A DNA stretch of 64,000 nucleotides, taken from contig CAVECB010000006.1 in the NCBI GenBank assembly GCA_963614215.1, positions 3,424 through 67,423 of the forward strand, in the 5' to 3' direction. A model generated the notes under the pieces. That model did not search any database and was not told the DNA's origin. It was given only the letters and a program-made list of their open reading frames with translations. Shown one piece after another: positions 10,515 through 20,003 of the stretch (position 1 is the stretch's first letter; every line of letters begins with the position of its first letter). A program made the translations under genes and the position numbers. This stretch comes from Ruthenibacterium lactatiformans. GTDB taxonomy: Bacteria; Actinomycetota; Coriobacteriia; Coriobacteriales; QAMH01.

Positions 10515-11137
10515 TACTGCAACACCCCCTCGACGTACTTGGCGGCGTTTTGGCTCATGACGAGCGCGCCGCAGTCGAGCAAATCGAGCGTGTTGGCCTC
10601 GCTGGCGCCGATGACGCGCACCTTTTCGACATTGCGGAAGGACAAAAACGCGTTCACGTCGTCGTCGTCGACCACGACGGTCGTGCGGCCGGAGACCCCG
10701 AGAGCCTTCAAGAAGGCGACGGCGTCTTTGGTGCAGGGCTTGTCGAAGGAAAACTCCTTCACAACAAACAGCTCGTCGTCGGCTGCCTTGCCGGAGAGCG
10801 CCGAGCGCATGGCCAGCTTGACGACCTTGCCCGGCACCTTGAAGGCGTACGAGCGGGGATGCGGCCCGAAGACCACGCCGCCGTGGCGGAACTGCGCCGC
10901 GCGGGTCGTGCCCTGGCGTGCGCGACCGGTGCCCTTCTGGCGGAACGGCTTGCGGCCGCCGCCGGAGACGCCGGAGCGGGTGAGGGTGGAATGCGTGCCC
11001 TGGCGACGCGCGGCCTGCTGGCTGCGGACGACCTGGTGCATCGCGTGGGTGTTGGGCTCGATGGCAAAGACCGCGTCTGCCAGCGAAAGCGAGCCGGCGG
11101 CCTTGCCCTTGGAGTCGACCATCTTGATATCTGCCAT
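10514..11137 (-). CDS. rplD: 50S ribosomal protein L4 (uL4)
   Basis: 207 aa with [32 protein letters not shown]. Confidence 0.95.
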   Translation of the reverse strand: MADIKMVDSKGKAAGSLSLADAVFAIEPNTHAMHQVVRSQQAARRQGTHSTLTRSGVSGGGRKPFRQKGTGRARQGTTRAAQFRHGGVVFGPHPRSYAFKVPGKVVKLAMRSALSGKAADDELFVVKEFSFDKPCTKDAVAFLKALGVSGRTTVVVDDDDVNAFLSFRNVEKVRVIGASEANTLDLLDCGALVMSQNAAKYVEGVLQ

Positions 11138-11151
11138 GATCTACTCCTCCT

Positions 11152-11772
11152 TTACGCCATACGGATCTGGACGAGGGCGCCCTTGCCGCCGGGGACGGCG
11201 CCCTTGACCAAGATGAGGTTGTTGTCTGCGTCCACGCGCACGACGGAGAGATTCTTCACCGTGACGCGCTCGTTGCCCATGTGGCCGGGAAGGCGCATGC
11301 CCTTCCAGACGCGGGCGGGGTAGGCGCACATGCCGACGGAGCCGGGTGCGCGATGGAAGTGGTGGCCGTGGCCACCCGGGCCGCCGCCGAAGCCGTGGCG
11401 CTTGATGACGCCGGCGAAACCCTTGCCCTTGCTGATGCCGCTGACATCGACTTTCTCGACATCGGCGAAAGCCTCGACCGTGAGCTTGTCGCCCACTTTG
11501 TGCTCGGAGGCGTCCTCGACGCGGACCTCGCGCAAATAGCGCATGGGTGCGACGCCGGCCTTGTCGAAGTGGCCTTTCATGGGCTTGTTGACGTGCTTTT
11601 CCTTGATGTCGCCAAAGCCAATCTGGACGGCCTCGTAGCCGTCGGTGGCCTTGGTCTTTACCTGCGAGACCACGCAGGGGCCTGCTTGGATGACCGTGAC
11701 GGGGACGATTTCGTCGTCTTGCCCCCACACTTGGGTCATTCCCAGCTTGCGGCCGAGAATCGTGCTGACCAT
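11152..11772 (-). CDS. rplC: 50S ribosomal protein L3 (uL3)
   Basis: 206 aa with [10 protein letters not shown]. First r-protein gene of the cluster in this window. Confidence 0.96.
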   Translation of the reverse strand: MVSTILGRKLGMTQVWGQDDEIVPVTVIQAGPCVVSQVKTKATDGYEAVQIGFGDIKEKHVNKPMKGHFDKAGVAPMRYLREVRVEDASEHKVGDKLTVEAFADVEKVDVSGISKGKGFAGVIKRHGFGGGPGGHGHHFHRAPGSVGMCAYPARVWKGMRLPGHMGNERVTVKNLSVVRVDADNNLILVKGAVPGGKGALVQIRMA

Positions 11773-12000
11773 TCCTTGCCTAACTCTTCAGGCGATCTTG
11801 CAATGTGGGGCGTCCGGTATGCCCCGTGCAGCGGATCGCAGCTTCATCGCTCCTCCCCTTGCCCGCGAAAACGAGGCGCCGGGAGGCCGACCTTTCCTGC
11901 GGCGTGGCACCCGTGTCCGGGCGCACGACGCACCATGCCCGTTTGGGCACAGCCCGTCCACTATAGGGCAATGGGTGCGCGGATGCTAGAAAAATTTTCA
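11773..12000 (-). promoter_or_regulatory. putative promoter plus long GC-rich 5' leader of the rplC operon
   Basis: The only AT-rich patch lies at 11985-12000 (minus strand reads TTGAAAATTTTTCTAGCAT...). A TATAGT -10-like hexamer (plus-strand actata) lies at about 11960-11965. About 180 nt then precede the rplC ATG, including small hairpins such as TGCCC-AAAC-GGGCA. No CDS fits this region. Confidence 0.3.
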
Positions 12001-12160
12001 ATTCCACGCCACCGGGTGTATCCTTGCGGTGAAGGGGCGGGTGAATCGCGCGGCGCTGCATGCGGGCGCGTGCGCGCGAAGGGGCGGCGGCGTAGGCGGT
12101 GAAGGTGAAGCAGAGACGCGATACGCGGACAAGGCGCAAAGGCAGGGGCGAAGGGGCGGC

Positions 12161-12370
12161 CTACTCCTCCCCCCGCGCCACTTCCTGCCCTTTCTCCATT
12201 TTTGCGAGACGGGTCTCGATGCGCGCCAGGTCGCGCTCGTTTTTGCGGACGCCGCGCGCGAAGATTGCGACGAAGACGAGCAGCGCGACCCACACGAGCA
12301 CATAGGCTGCAATCACATACGGCGCGCTCGGCAAAACGGCGCTGTAGACAGATGCGAGCAACGGGTTCAT
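12161..12370 (-). CDS. ccmD: haem exporter protein D-like small membrane protein
   Basis: 69 aa. One TM followed by a charged tail. AAGGAGG RBS. Immediately follows ccmC. Confidence 0.55.
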   Translation of the reverse strand: MNPLLASVYSAVLPSAPYVIAAYVLVWVALLVFVAIFARGVRKNERDLARIETRLAKMEKGQEVARGEE

Positions 12371-12386
12371 AGGAAAAGGCCTCCTT

Positions 12387-13286
12387 TTAGTCTATGTTCT
12401 CTTCGAGGGCGTCTTTCAAATCGGCGATGCGAGCCGCGACGGCTGCCTGGCGCAGGCGCAGGCGGTAGAGCGCCCAGCCCACGAGCACCATCCCTGCAAG
12501 TGCGAGCAGCAGCGCAAGCACCATGTCGGCCGTCATCCCGCCGCCGCTGCGCACGATGACGGGATGCGTCGTGTTGGGGATGAGGCGCGTGACGGCAAAG
12601 CATATGGGCACGTCGACGAAGGCGAGTATCCCAAAGACCGCCGCCAGCACACTACAGCGCTCCTGGCCGTCGAAGGCGCGACGCAAGACGAAATAGGCGA
12701 TGCAAAGCAGCAGCAAGACGAGGTAGGTGGTCAGGCGCGGCTCCCAGGTCCACCACACGCCCCACTCGAAGCGCGTCCAGGCGATGCCGGTGGCCATGGT
12801 GCAGACGATGAAGACGAGACCCACTTCCATGGCCGTGCGCGCGCGCAGGTCCCAGACGGTCCGACGCGTCTTCAGGTAGGCGGCAGAAAAGATGGCTTGG
12901 CAGAGCACGGCGGCAAACGAGACGAGCGCCACCGGCATGTGGAAGTAGAAGATTTTCTGGCTGAAGAGCAGCTGGTTTTGGACCATGGTATCGCCCACGA
13001 GCTCGGGCACGACCTCGGCCCCGAGCACGAGCGGCGCGATGGTGAACGCGCAGATGAAGCCGGCCGCAGACAGAAGGGCGCCGAACACGACTGCGAGTTG
13101 CTCGGGCACAAGCGAGCGGGAGCGGACAGGCGCGGCTGTATCGGGCATCTCCGGCTTTTCGGGCATCGCCGAGCTTTCGGGTGCCGCTGCATCTTCGAGC
13201 GTCGCCTCGCTCGTTTTCGCAGGACGCCCCTCCGGTTCATGCATGCTGCCTTGCCCATCTCGTTTTTCCACGTGTTTCATCTCCAT
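12387..13286 (-). CDS. ccmC: haem exporter / haem-handling protein CcmC
   Basis: Start ATG at 13284-13286 (MEMKHVEK...) within ORF 12387-14033. Polytopic. Trp-rich motif WGVWWTWEPR. Confidence 0.85.
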   Translation of the reverse strand: MEMKHVEKRDGQGSMHEPEGRPAKTSEATLEDAAAPESSAMPEKPEMPDTAAPVRSRSLVPEQLAVVFGALLSAAGFICAFTIAPLVLGAEVVPELVGDTMVQNQLLFSQKIFYFHMPVALVSFAAVLCQAIFSAAYLKTRRTVWDLRARTAMEVGLVFIVCTMATGIAWTRFEWGVWWTWEPRLTTYLVLLLLCIAYFVLRRAFDGQERCSVLAAVFGILAFVDVPICFAVTRLIPNTTHPVIVRSGGGMTADMVLALLLALAGMVLVGWALYRLRLRQAAVAARIADLKDALEENID

Positions 13287-13306
13287 ATCGGTCGCGTTTA
13301 CCCCCT

Positions 13307-14017
13307 TCAACCGTTTTCCAACGCGAAATCGTAGAGCACCCACGAGACGAGCGTCATGACCAAATCGTAGGCGCACATCATCACCATGGCGGGCGCAAAG
13401 GCCTCCATCCACCCCTCCCCGCCCGCAAAAGCAGCCGACGTGGCCGCAACGCATGCATAGAGCAGCGGAAAGGCAAGCGGGATGAAGAGGACGGCCAAAA
13501 GCATCTCGCCGCCGCGCGCGCGCATGGAAAGGGTCGCGAGCATGGTGCCAACCGCCGAGACGCCGAAGCTGCCCGCGAGAAGCGCCAGAATAGTGAAGGG
13601 GAAGGTGTCGGCAAGGGGCGCGCCGCCCAGCAAAAACAGCCAAAACAGCGGCAGCACGACCAGCTCGACTACCCCTAAGAAAACCAAGTTGGCGGAAAGC
13701 TTTGCCAGATAGACGACGGAGCGGTCGATGGGCGCGAGCATGACGCCTTCTAGGGCCGCGGCCTCGCGCTCGTGCGCAAACGAGCGGGCAAGCCCCAGTA
13801 GCGCAGAAAACACGATGACGACCCAGACAAGGCCGCCGGCCAAACGGGCGACAGATTCGCCGGCTTCGTCTGCCGTCGAGGCCACGCCCAAAACAAGCAG
13901 CACGAGCACGGCATAAAAGCCCATGTCGGCAAGCATCGAGCGCGTCTTCATCTCCTGGCGCAGATCCTTTGCCAAAAGCAGGCGGTACTGGGTGAAAAAC
14001 GAGACGGGGCGCTTCAT
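13307..14017 (-). CDS. ccmB: haem exporter permease CcmB
   Basis: Start ATG at 14015-14017 (MKRPVSFFTQYRLLLAKDLRQE...) within ORF 13307-14803. Six-TM ABC-2-like protein. ATGA overlap with the ccmA stop. Confidence 0.83.
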   Translation of the reverse strand: MKRPVSFFTQYRLLLAKDLRQEMKTRSMLADMGFYAVLVLLVLGVASTADEAGESVARLAGGLVWVVIVFSALLGLARSFAHEREAAALEGVMLAPIDRSVVYLAKLSANLVFLGVVELVVLPLFWLFLLGGAPLADTFPFTILALLAGSFGVSAVGTMLATLSMRARGGEMLLAVLFIPLAFPLLYACVAATSAAFAGGEGWMEAFAPAMVMMCAYDLVMTLVSWVLYDFALENG

Positions 14018-14730
14018 CGGGCCGCCCCCGCAAGCAGCGCCGTACAGCGCTCGGAAAAGGCAGGAAAGCCGCCCGGCGAGGTGGGCTCGAAGGCGGCGAG
14101 CTTGCCTGCGACCAGCACCATCACGTGGCTTGCACTTTCGTAGGCGCCGCGCGGGTCGTGGCTGACCGTGACAACGGTGCGCACGCCGGCAGAAGCTTTG
14201 ACCACGTCGGCGAGCATGGCCGCGGCGCGCGGGTCGAGGCCGGTGTAGGGCTCGTCGAGCAAGAGCAGCTCGGGGTCGGCCACGAGCGCGCGGGCAAGGG
14301 CCAGGCGCTGGAGCATGCCGCGCGAAAAACCCCGCACTGCGTCGTCTGCGCGATGCGCCAGCTCCACCATGTCGAGCAGCTCGGCCACGCGTGAGGGCGC
14401 GTCGTCTACGCCGTAGAGGCGCGCGAAGAAGAGCAGGTTTTCTGTCGGGCTTAAATCCGGGTAGAGCATGGGGCGGTGGGTGAGAAAGCCGATGCGCGCG
14501 CGTAGGGCCTCGCCTTCTTCTTTTGGGTCGAGGCCAAAAAGCGTGAAGCTGCCGGCGCTTGGGCGCTCTAGCCCTGCGAGGATGCGCAGCAGCGTCGATT
14601 TGCCGGCGCCGTTTGGCCCTAACACCGCAAGCGAGGCACCGCACGGCAGCTCGAAGCTGAGGTCGCGCAGGGCGCGGCGACGTGCGTAGGAGCGGGACAG
14701 GCCGCGTGTGCAGACAGCCGGCTCGTTCAC
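14014..14730 (-). CDS. ccmA: haem exporter ATP-binding protein CcmA
   Basis: 238 aa. Walker A GPNGAGKST, LSRGMLQRLALA signature, LLLLDEP Walker B. GTG start overlapping the ccmF stop (GTGA). Confidence 0.85.
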   Translation of the reverse strand: MNEPAVCTRGLSRSYARRRALRDLSFELPCGASLAVLGPNGAGKSTLLRILAGLERPSAGSFTLFGLDPKEEGEALRARIGFLTHRPMLYPDLSPTENLLFFARLYGVDDAPSRVAELLDMVELAHRADDAVRGFSRGMLQRLALARALVADPELLLLDEPYTGLDPRAAAMLADVVKASAGVRTVVTVSHDPRGAYESASHVMVLVAGKLAAFEPTSPGGFPAFSERCTALLAGAAR

Positions 14731-17072
14731 GAAGACGCTCCGTCTGGCTTTGGCTGTAGGTTCGGTTTGCTCGCAGGGGTTTCGGCCGTCTCTTCACGCA
14801 CATCGCGCGACTTGGCCCTGCCTGTGCCGGGTGCGCCTCGCTTGGCGAAAAGCCCCAGCGCGGTGCCCGCCATGAGCAGGAAGAAGCCTGCCCACACGAA
14901 GGAGATGAGCGGGTTTATACGCAGCTCGACGGAGTAATCGCCGTTTTCGTTGACGCCGCGGTAGACGGCAAAAAGGTCGTGGTCGATGCGCGAAGCCACG
15001 GCCGCGTCGTATTTTTGCTGCGAGGTCGCCGCGTCGAGATAAATGGAAGGCGCGAGGGTGAAGGTCGAGCCGTCTGCGGCCTGAACCTGCAGCTCCAGCT
15101 GGTAGAGATAGCCGTCGCCTTTGTCCTCGATGGTCGCCTCGCCGGCAGATACTGTGTAGGAACCCACCTGCATCTCGGCGGCCGCCTGCGAATCCTCGCC
15201 GCCGGCAAAAAGGTAGCCGCTCTTGTCGGTGACGTACATACTCGACCCCACAAGGCCGGCCAAGATGACGGCAAGACCCGCGTGCGCGAGCATGCCGCCC
15301 AGACGGGCGAAAAGCACACGGGGGCTGCGACGCGCCGGCAGCTCGGACGCACCCGTTCCGATGGAGGCAAGTGTCGCGGGTTTTGCGGCCTTTTCCTTTA
15401 CCCCCGTGTTCGCACCGGTCGCCCGCATCGCGGAAAAGGCGCGGCCAAACGAGGCGAGGCTCGTGCACAAGAGGAGGGCCGCCACAGCAAAGGCGACGAT
15501 GGCCATAGCATGGCAGTAGATGGCAGGACCGGCTGCCAGCAGGTCCTCGGCCGCGCTGCCCCCTGCCGCAACCTGCGCGTCGTAGGCGGGCAGCAGGCAC
15601 AGCGCCCAGTAGGCCACGAGCGCGGCAAACACGAAAAGTGCGACGAGCGCCGGCACGCGCAGCTGCCGCCAGAAACGCTTGCCGTCCGTCTTGTGCCAGC
15701 CCAGCAAGGGCGCCACGGCGACGACGGCCAAAAAGACGATGCCAAGGGGTCTGGCTATGGCGGCGTACATGCTCGTCGGCACGCTTTGGCCGCCAAGCGG
15801 CATCCACGAGGGCAGCGCCGAGGCAAGGGTGAGGTAGGCGAGCAGAAACGAGCTAGCGATCATCACGAGGTTGTTCAAGAAGTAGGCAAACTCCAAGTTG
15901 AAGAGGCCGTCTTCTTCATCGGAAGCATCCTTGGCGCTGGCTTTGCTGTCTGCCGCGGCACCACCCGCTCCACCGTCGGCGCCCTTTTTCTTCACCACCC
16001 CGAAGCTTTTTGGCCGCGCAAAGACACCCGCCAGGGCCGCACACGCTGCCACGCCGATGAGCGCGCCGAACAGCCACGCCGACACCGTATCGCCTTGGAA
16101 GGCGTGCACGCTTTGCACAATGCCCGAGCGCGTGATGAAGGTGCCGACGATGACGAACATGAAGCACAGGCAGGCCGCGACGACGCTCCAGCGCTTGAAG
16201 GCGTCGTGTTTGCGATAGACGGTGAAGGAGTGCATGAGCGCCACGCAGCACAGCCATGACAGCAGGCTCGCGTTTTCCACCGGGTCCCAACCCCAGTAGC
16301 CGCCCCAGCCCAAGACGACGTAGGCCCATATCGAGCCTAAGCCGATGCCGGCGCCGAGGAACAGCCACGCAAACGCCGTCACCCCGTTTGCCCGCTCGAC
16401 CCACGTGGGCGAATCGTCGCCTGTGAGCAGGGCGGCCAGCGCGTAGGAAAACGGCACCGTCATGCCCGCGTAGCCGATGAAGAGCGTGGAGGGATGTATG
16501 GCCATGGCCCAGTGCTCCAGCAGCGAGTTCATCCCCAGCGTCGAGGCAGACATCGTCAGGTTGCCATCCGCGTCGAAGTAGCTTTCGTCTGTGGGGATGA
16601 AGGGGCGCATGTCCTCGGAGAGAAGCAAAGTGGCCGCAAAGACGCCCAGCACGGCAAGCTGTATGGTCAGCGCCGCCGCGTCGACGCGCTCGCCCGAGTT
16701 GTAGTGGCGACAGGCCGTGTAGAGGGCAAACGCCGAGATGAGCCACGCCCAAAACAGCAGCGATCCCTGGCTGCCCGCCCACAGGCCGGACAACAAATAC
16801 AGCCAGCGCAGACTATCGGTGGAGTTGCTGCGCTCCTCGACGACGTAGGCGATGGAGGTGTCGCCCGAAAACAGGCACACGACGATGATGAGGCAGCACA
16901 CCGTGAGCGCGGCAAACGCGAGGACAGTGCCGAGGAGGGCCGCCCACATGAGCAAATCGCGCGTCTCGGGTTTGCGGCGGGCAAAGGTGCTCGCGCCCAG
17001 CCCCGACAGAAAGCCTGCCGCGACAGAAGCACAGGCGATGAGCAGGCAGAAATTGCCTATGGGGTTGAACAT
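14727..17072 (-). CDS. ccmF: cytochrome c-type biogenesis protein CcmF (haem lyase component)
   Basis: 781 aa, polytopic. WWD motif WGGYWGWDPVENASLLSW. Confidence 0.9.
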   Translation of the reverse strand: MFNPIGNFCLLIACASVAAGFLSGLGASTFARRKPETRDLLMWAALLGTVLAFAALTVCCLIIVVCLFSGDTSIAYVVEERSNSTDSLRWLYLLSGLWAGSQGSLLFWAWLISAFALYTACRHYNSGERVDAAALTIQLAVLGVFAATLLLSEDMRPFIPTDESYFDADGNLTMSASTLGMNSLLEHWAMAIHPSTLFIGYAGMTVPFSYALAALLTGDDSPTWVERANGVTAFAWLFLGAGIGLGSIWAYVVLGWGGYWGWDPVENASLLSWLCCVALMHSFTVYRKHDAFKRWSVVAACLCFMFVIVGTFITRSGIVQSVHAFQGDTVSAWLFGALIGVAACAALAGVFARPKSFGVVKKKGADGGAGGAAADSKASAKDASDEEDGLFNLEFAYFLNNLVMIASSFLLAYLTLASALPSWMPLGGQSVPTSMYAAIARPLGIVFLAVVAVAPLLGWHKTDGKRFWRQLRVPALVALFVFAALVAYWALCLLPAYDAQVAAGGSAAEDLLAAGPAIYCHAMAIVAFAVAALLLCTSLASFGRAFSAMRATGANTGVKEKAAKPATLASIGTGASELPARRSPRVLFARLGGMLAHAGLAVILAGLVGSSMYVTDKSGYLFAGGEDSQAAAEMQVGSYTVSAGEATIEDKGDGYLYQLELQVQAADGSTFTLAPSIYLDAATSQQKYDAAVASRIDHDLFAVYRGVNENGDYSVELRINPLISFVWAGFFLLMAGTALGLFAKRGAPGTGRAKSRDVREETAETPASKPNLQPKPDGASS

Positions 17073-17088
17073 AGAGACGAAACCCCCT

Positions 17089-17766
17089 TTAGTTGCCCGT
17101 GCCCTCGAGGGCGACCTGCGTCGCCTCGAAGCTGCCGTCTTGCTGCAGGGCGCCCGTCACGACAAGCGCCGCACCCTCGACAATCTGGTCCGAGAGCGCC
17201 CCGGTGTAGCGCACGGGCAGCTGTCCCCCGCCGTCCGCTTCGGCGCCCTCGAGCACGAGGCGTGGGCTTTCGTCGACGCTTTTCAGGGTGCCGGCCGCCA
17301 GCGTGCCCGCCACTTTTACGTTTTTCGAGACGATGGACTCGCCGTATCCCAGCAGCTGCGAGACAGACAGCGCGTTGCTTGCCGTCTCGTATTTGCTCGG
17401 GCACTTCGTGACCAGCTGAGTGCAGCGCAGCACCCCGCCTTCGAGCGTGCCCGTGCATATGGCCGTGACCCCGTTGCCAAAGGTGGCCGACACGCCGCGG
17501 TCGTAGCGGACGGGCAGGGTCGTGGACGGATCGTCGGGGTCGTAGATGGAGAAATCGAGCGTGTCGCCCGCTATCTTGTAGGAGTCGTCCACGACATTGC
17601 CCGTGACCTCGACTTTTTTGCCCGTTGCGGCGTCTGCGGCCGCTTCGGCCACACTCATGCTCGTGGCCACCGTGCCCGCCGACAGAAACGCCGCGGCCGC
17701 TATCAACACGATGACGACGATGCCGCCGACTACCGCGTAGCGGGTCTTCTTGCTGCTAGATGCCAT
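17089..17766 (-). CDS. ccmE: CcmE-like haem chaperone, CxxxY variant with a second OB-like domain
   Basis: 225 aa. N-terminal TM anchor. The first beta-rich domain ends in TKCPSKYE (Cys in place of the usual His of HxxxY). A second similar domain (VKVAGTL...VVTGALQQDGSFEATQVAL) lacks the motif. Confidence 0.72.
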   Translation of the reverse strand: MASSSKKTRYAVVGGIVVIVLIAAAAFLSAGTVATSMSVAEAAADAATGKKVEVTGNVVDDSYKIAGDTLDFSIYDPDDPSTTLPVRYDRGVSATFGNGVTAICTGTLEGGVLRCTQLVTKCPSKYETASNALSVSQLLGYGESIVSKNVKVAGTLAAGTLKSVDESPRLVLEGAEADGGGQLPVRYTGALSDQIVEGAALVVTGALQQDGSFEATQVALEGTGN

Positions 17767-18074
17767 GGTTGTGAAATCGCTCGCCTTTCAAATACCTCGC
17801 CTGCCGATGCACGCGTCTTCGACATGCGCCGAATTTTCCCATCGACTGCACGCGCACGACGTCGGCGCCCGTCCGGGCGGTCAATCGCTTGCAATAGCCC
17901 GTGCATGCTAGCACGGATACCCGCCTTCATCCACGTGGCAAAACGCGCGGCACAGCTCTGCACAGGGCATGTTGTGGGAAAACGCGGTGCCGCGGAAAGC
18001 TCCCCCGCGCAAACCATGGGGAAAAACCCTCGCCGAAAAGTCGCTACAATCGCAAGGAGACGAAAGGAGGGGCG

Positions 18075-19298
18075 ATGGGCGAAGACGCGCACAGGGCGGC
18101 AAACTTCGACGAGGAAGTCGTCACCGGGGGCGACGAGCACTATCGGCACGAAGTCGAGCGCCTCGCACGCGCCTACGGCTTCGATTTCGTGGCGCTGGGT
18201 CTTGCGCCTTTTTTGGGCGCCCCCCTCAAGTGGGTCTATTTCGCGGGGGCCACGAGCGCACGCGTCACGCGCATCGTTTTGTCGCCCGGGCATGGCATCG
18301 GCGGCATCGTCTTGAAAAGCGGCCAGGCAATGATGCTCACCGACATCGACCACGAGCTCGACCCGCGCGAGTACTCGAGCTACCCCATCGTCTTTGCCGA
18401 GGACCTGCGCAGCTTCTGCGCCCTGCCGCTTGCCCGCAACGGGCGCACCGTCGCCGTGCTTTTGCTCGCGCACCGCAGCACGGATCCGGCGTTCGAGACA
18501 GACTACCGGCGCTGCGTGCAAGACCTCGACGGGTCTTTCATCGACATGGACGTGAGGGCCGAGGGCTTCATCGACTTCGAGGGCATCTACGCCTCCGGAC
18601 GTGAAAAGGAGGTCGCCCCTTTGCGCCAAGGCGAGCTGTCGAAGGTGGTGCTGGCCCAGGAAGGCGAGCGCAAGCGCCTATCCCGCGAGCTGCACGACGG
18701 TATCGCCCAGCAGCTTCTGACCGTGTCCTTGCGCCTGCGCATGGCCCGCGAGCGGATAGACGACGAGATGGCGAGGGATTTTTTGGACGGGGCACTGGCC
18801 GAGATCGACGCCATACAGTCCGAGGTGCACGACCTGTCCGTCGAGCTGCGCCCCTCCACCCTAGACAACTTCGGCCTCGTCTCGGCACTGCGCTCCCAGG
18901 CGGCCGTGCTCGCGCACAGCTACGGCGTGCATGTGGATTTCGACGTGGCAGGCGAGGTGGGCCGCTTCGATGCGGCGGTCGAGACGCAGGTCTATCGCAT
19001 ATGCCAAGAAGCGATGCTGAACTCCTGCAAGTATTCGGGGGCAGACCGCATCGAGGCGCGTTTCTCCACGAGCGCCGGCTGGCTTTCTGCCTCCATCGCA
19101 GACCGCGGCTCGGGTTTCAACACTGCCGCGCCCATTGTGCGGGGTAGCGGATGCGGCCTGTCGGGCATGCGGGAGCGCGCGCGGGCCATCGGCGGCACCC
19201 TCGACGTGGTTTCAGGCGATGCGGGCACCACAGTCACCCTGGTCGCCCCCATGCGAGCGGCAAGCGAGCGTACGGGAGATGAGGAGGGGGCATCGTGA
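18075..19298 (+). CDS. soluble sensor histidine kinase (GAF + HisKA_3 + HATPase_c)
   Basis: ATG at 18075 with AAGGAGG upstream, within ORF 17901-19298. No TM segment. H-box LSRELHDGIAQQL. G-box GSGCGLSGMRERA. Confidence 0.85.
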   Translation: MGEDAHRAANFDEEVVTGGDEHYRHEVERLARAYGFDFVALGLAPFLGAPLKWVYFAGATSARVTRIVLSPGHGIGGIVLKSGQAMMLTDIDHELDPREYSSYPIVFAEDLRSFCALPLARNGRTVAVLLLAHRSTDPAFETDYRRCVQDLDGSFIDMDVRAEGFIDFEGIYASGREKEVAPLRQGELSKVVLAQEGERKRLSRELHDGIAQQLLTVSLRLRMARERIDDEMARDFLDGALAEIDAIQSEVHDLSVELRPSTLDNFGLVSALRSQAAVLAHSYGVHVDFDVAGEVGRFDAAVETQVYRICQEAMLNSCKYSGADRIEARFSTSAGWLSASIADRGSGFNTAAPIVRGSGCGLSGMRERARAIGGTLDVVSGDAGTTVTLVAPMRAASERTGDEEGAS

Positions 19299-19939
19299 TC
19301 ACAGTCGCCTTGGCCGACGACCACGAGATGGTCCGCTTCGGCTTCAAGATGATCTTGGACAAAGACCCGCAGATAGAGGTGGTGGGCGAGGCCGCCGAGG
19401 GGTCCGGTGCATATGCACTGGTCGCCGCCCGCAAACCTGACATCTTGCTACTGGACCTCTCGATGCCGCCGGCGCAAAGCGGGCTTGTGGCATGCGAGCG
19501 CATTGTGCGCGACCTGCCCGAGACGAAGGTGATCATCTTGACCATGTTCGCCGAGCCCGAGTACCTCTATTTCACCATGCGAAAAGGGGCGAAGGGCTAT
19601 CTGCTGAAAAGCGCAACGCCGGCAGAGCTTTTGCGGGCCATCCACATGGTCCACGAAGGCGATAGCTACATCCACCCCGAGATGGTGGAATCCCTAGCGG
19701 CGTTTCTCGCAGACGGCGGCAAGGGCATCGAGGAAGAGCTGGAACAGCTGACCCCGCGCGAGCTGGAAATACTCGTGCTGCTGGCAAAGGGCTTCACGAA
19801 CCGCGAGATCTCCGAGAAGGTTTTTCTTTCCGTGAAGACCGTTGAGGCGCACCGCGCGAAAATCTACGCGAAACTCGGCTTTGCGAACAGGGCACAGCTC
19901 GTCGAGTTCGCCTTGCGCCACAAACTTTTGGAGCTTTAA
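19295..19939 (+). CDS. NarL/LuxR-family response regulator
   Basis: 214 aa. GTG start overlapping the kinase stop. Receiver domain (DDHEMV...LLLDLSMP) plus a C-terminal LuxR HTH (LTPRELEILVLLAKGFTNREI). Confidence 0.9.
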   Translation: MITVALADDHEMVRFGFKMILDKDPQIEVVGEAAEGSGAYALVAARKPDILLLDLSMPPAQSGLVACERIVRDLPETKVIILTMFAEPEYLYFTMRKGAKGYLLKSATPAELLRAIHMVHEGDSYIHPEMVESLAAFLADGGKGIEEELEQLTPRELEILVLLAKGFTNREISEKVFLSVKTVEAHRAKIYAKLGFANRAQLVEFALRHKLLEL

Positions 19940-20003
19940 GGGGCGGGCGGCCAAAATCCGAAGGCACGAGCGCCGAAAGCGGCGGCGAAAACCCCTGGCA
20001 GGC

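Noticed and set aside
11780-12139. 119-aa minus-strand ORF in the position where rpsJ would be expected
   Set aside because: The sequence (MRLVRVSRLCFTFTAYAAAPSRARAR...) has no resemblance to S10. It also spans the putative promoter, so the region is treated as non-coding.
13287-14033. N-terminal 249-codon extension of the ccmC ORF (track ORF 12387-14033); likewise 14018-14803 for ccmB
   Set aside because: The extensions overlap the upstream ccmB and ccmA genes in other frames and are Arg-rich nonsense. Internal ATGs at 13286 and 14017 give canonical-length CcmC and CcmB, with operon-style overlaps.
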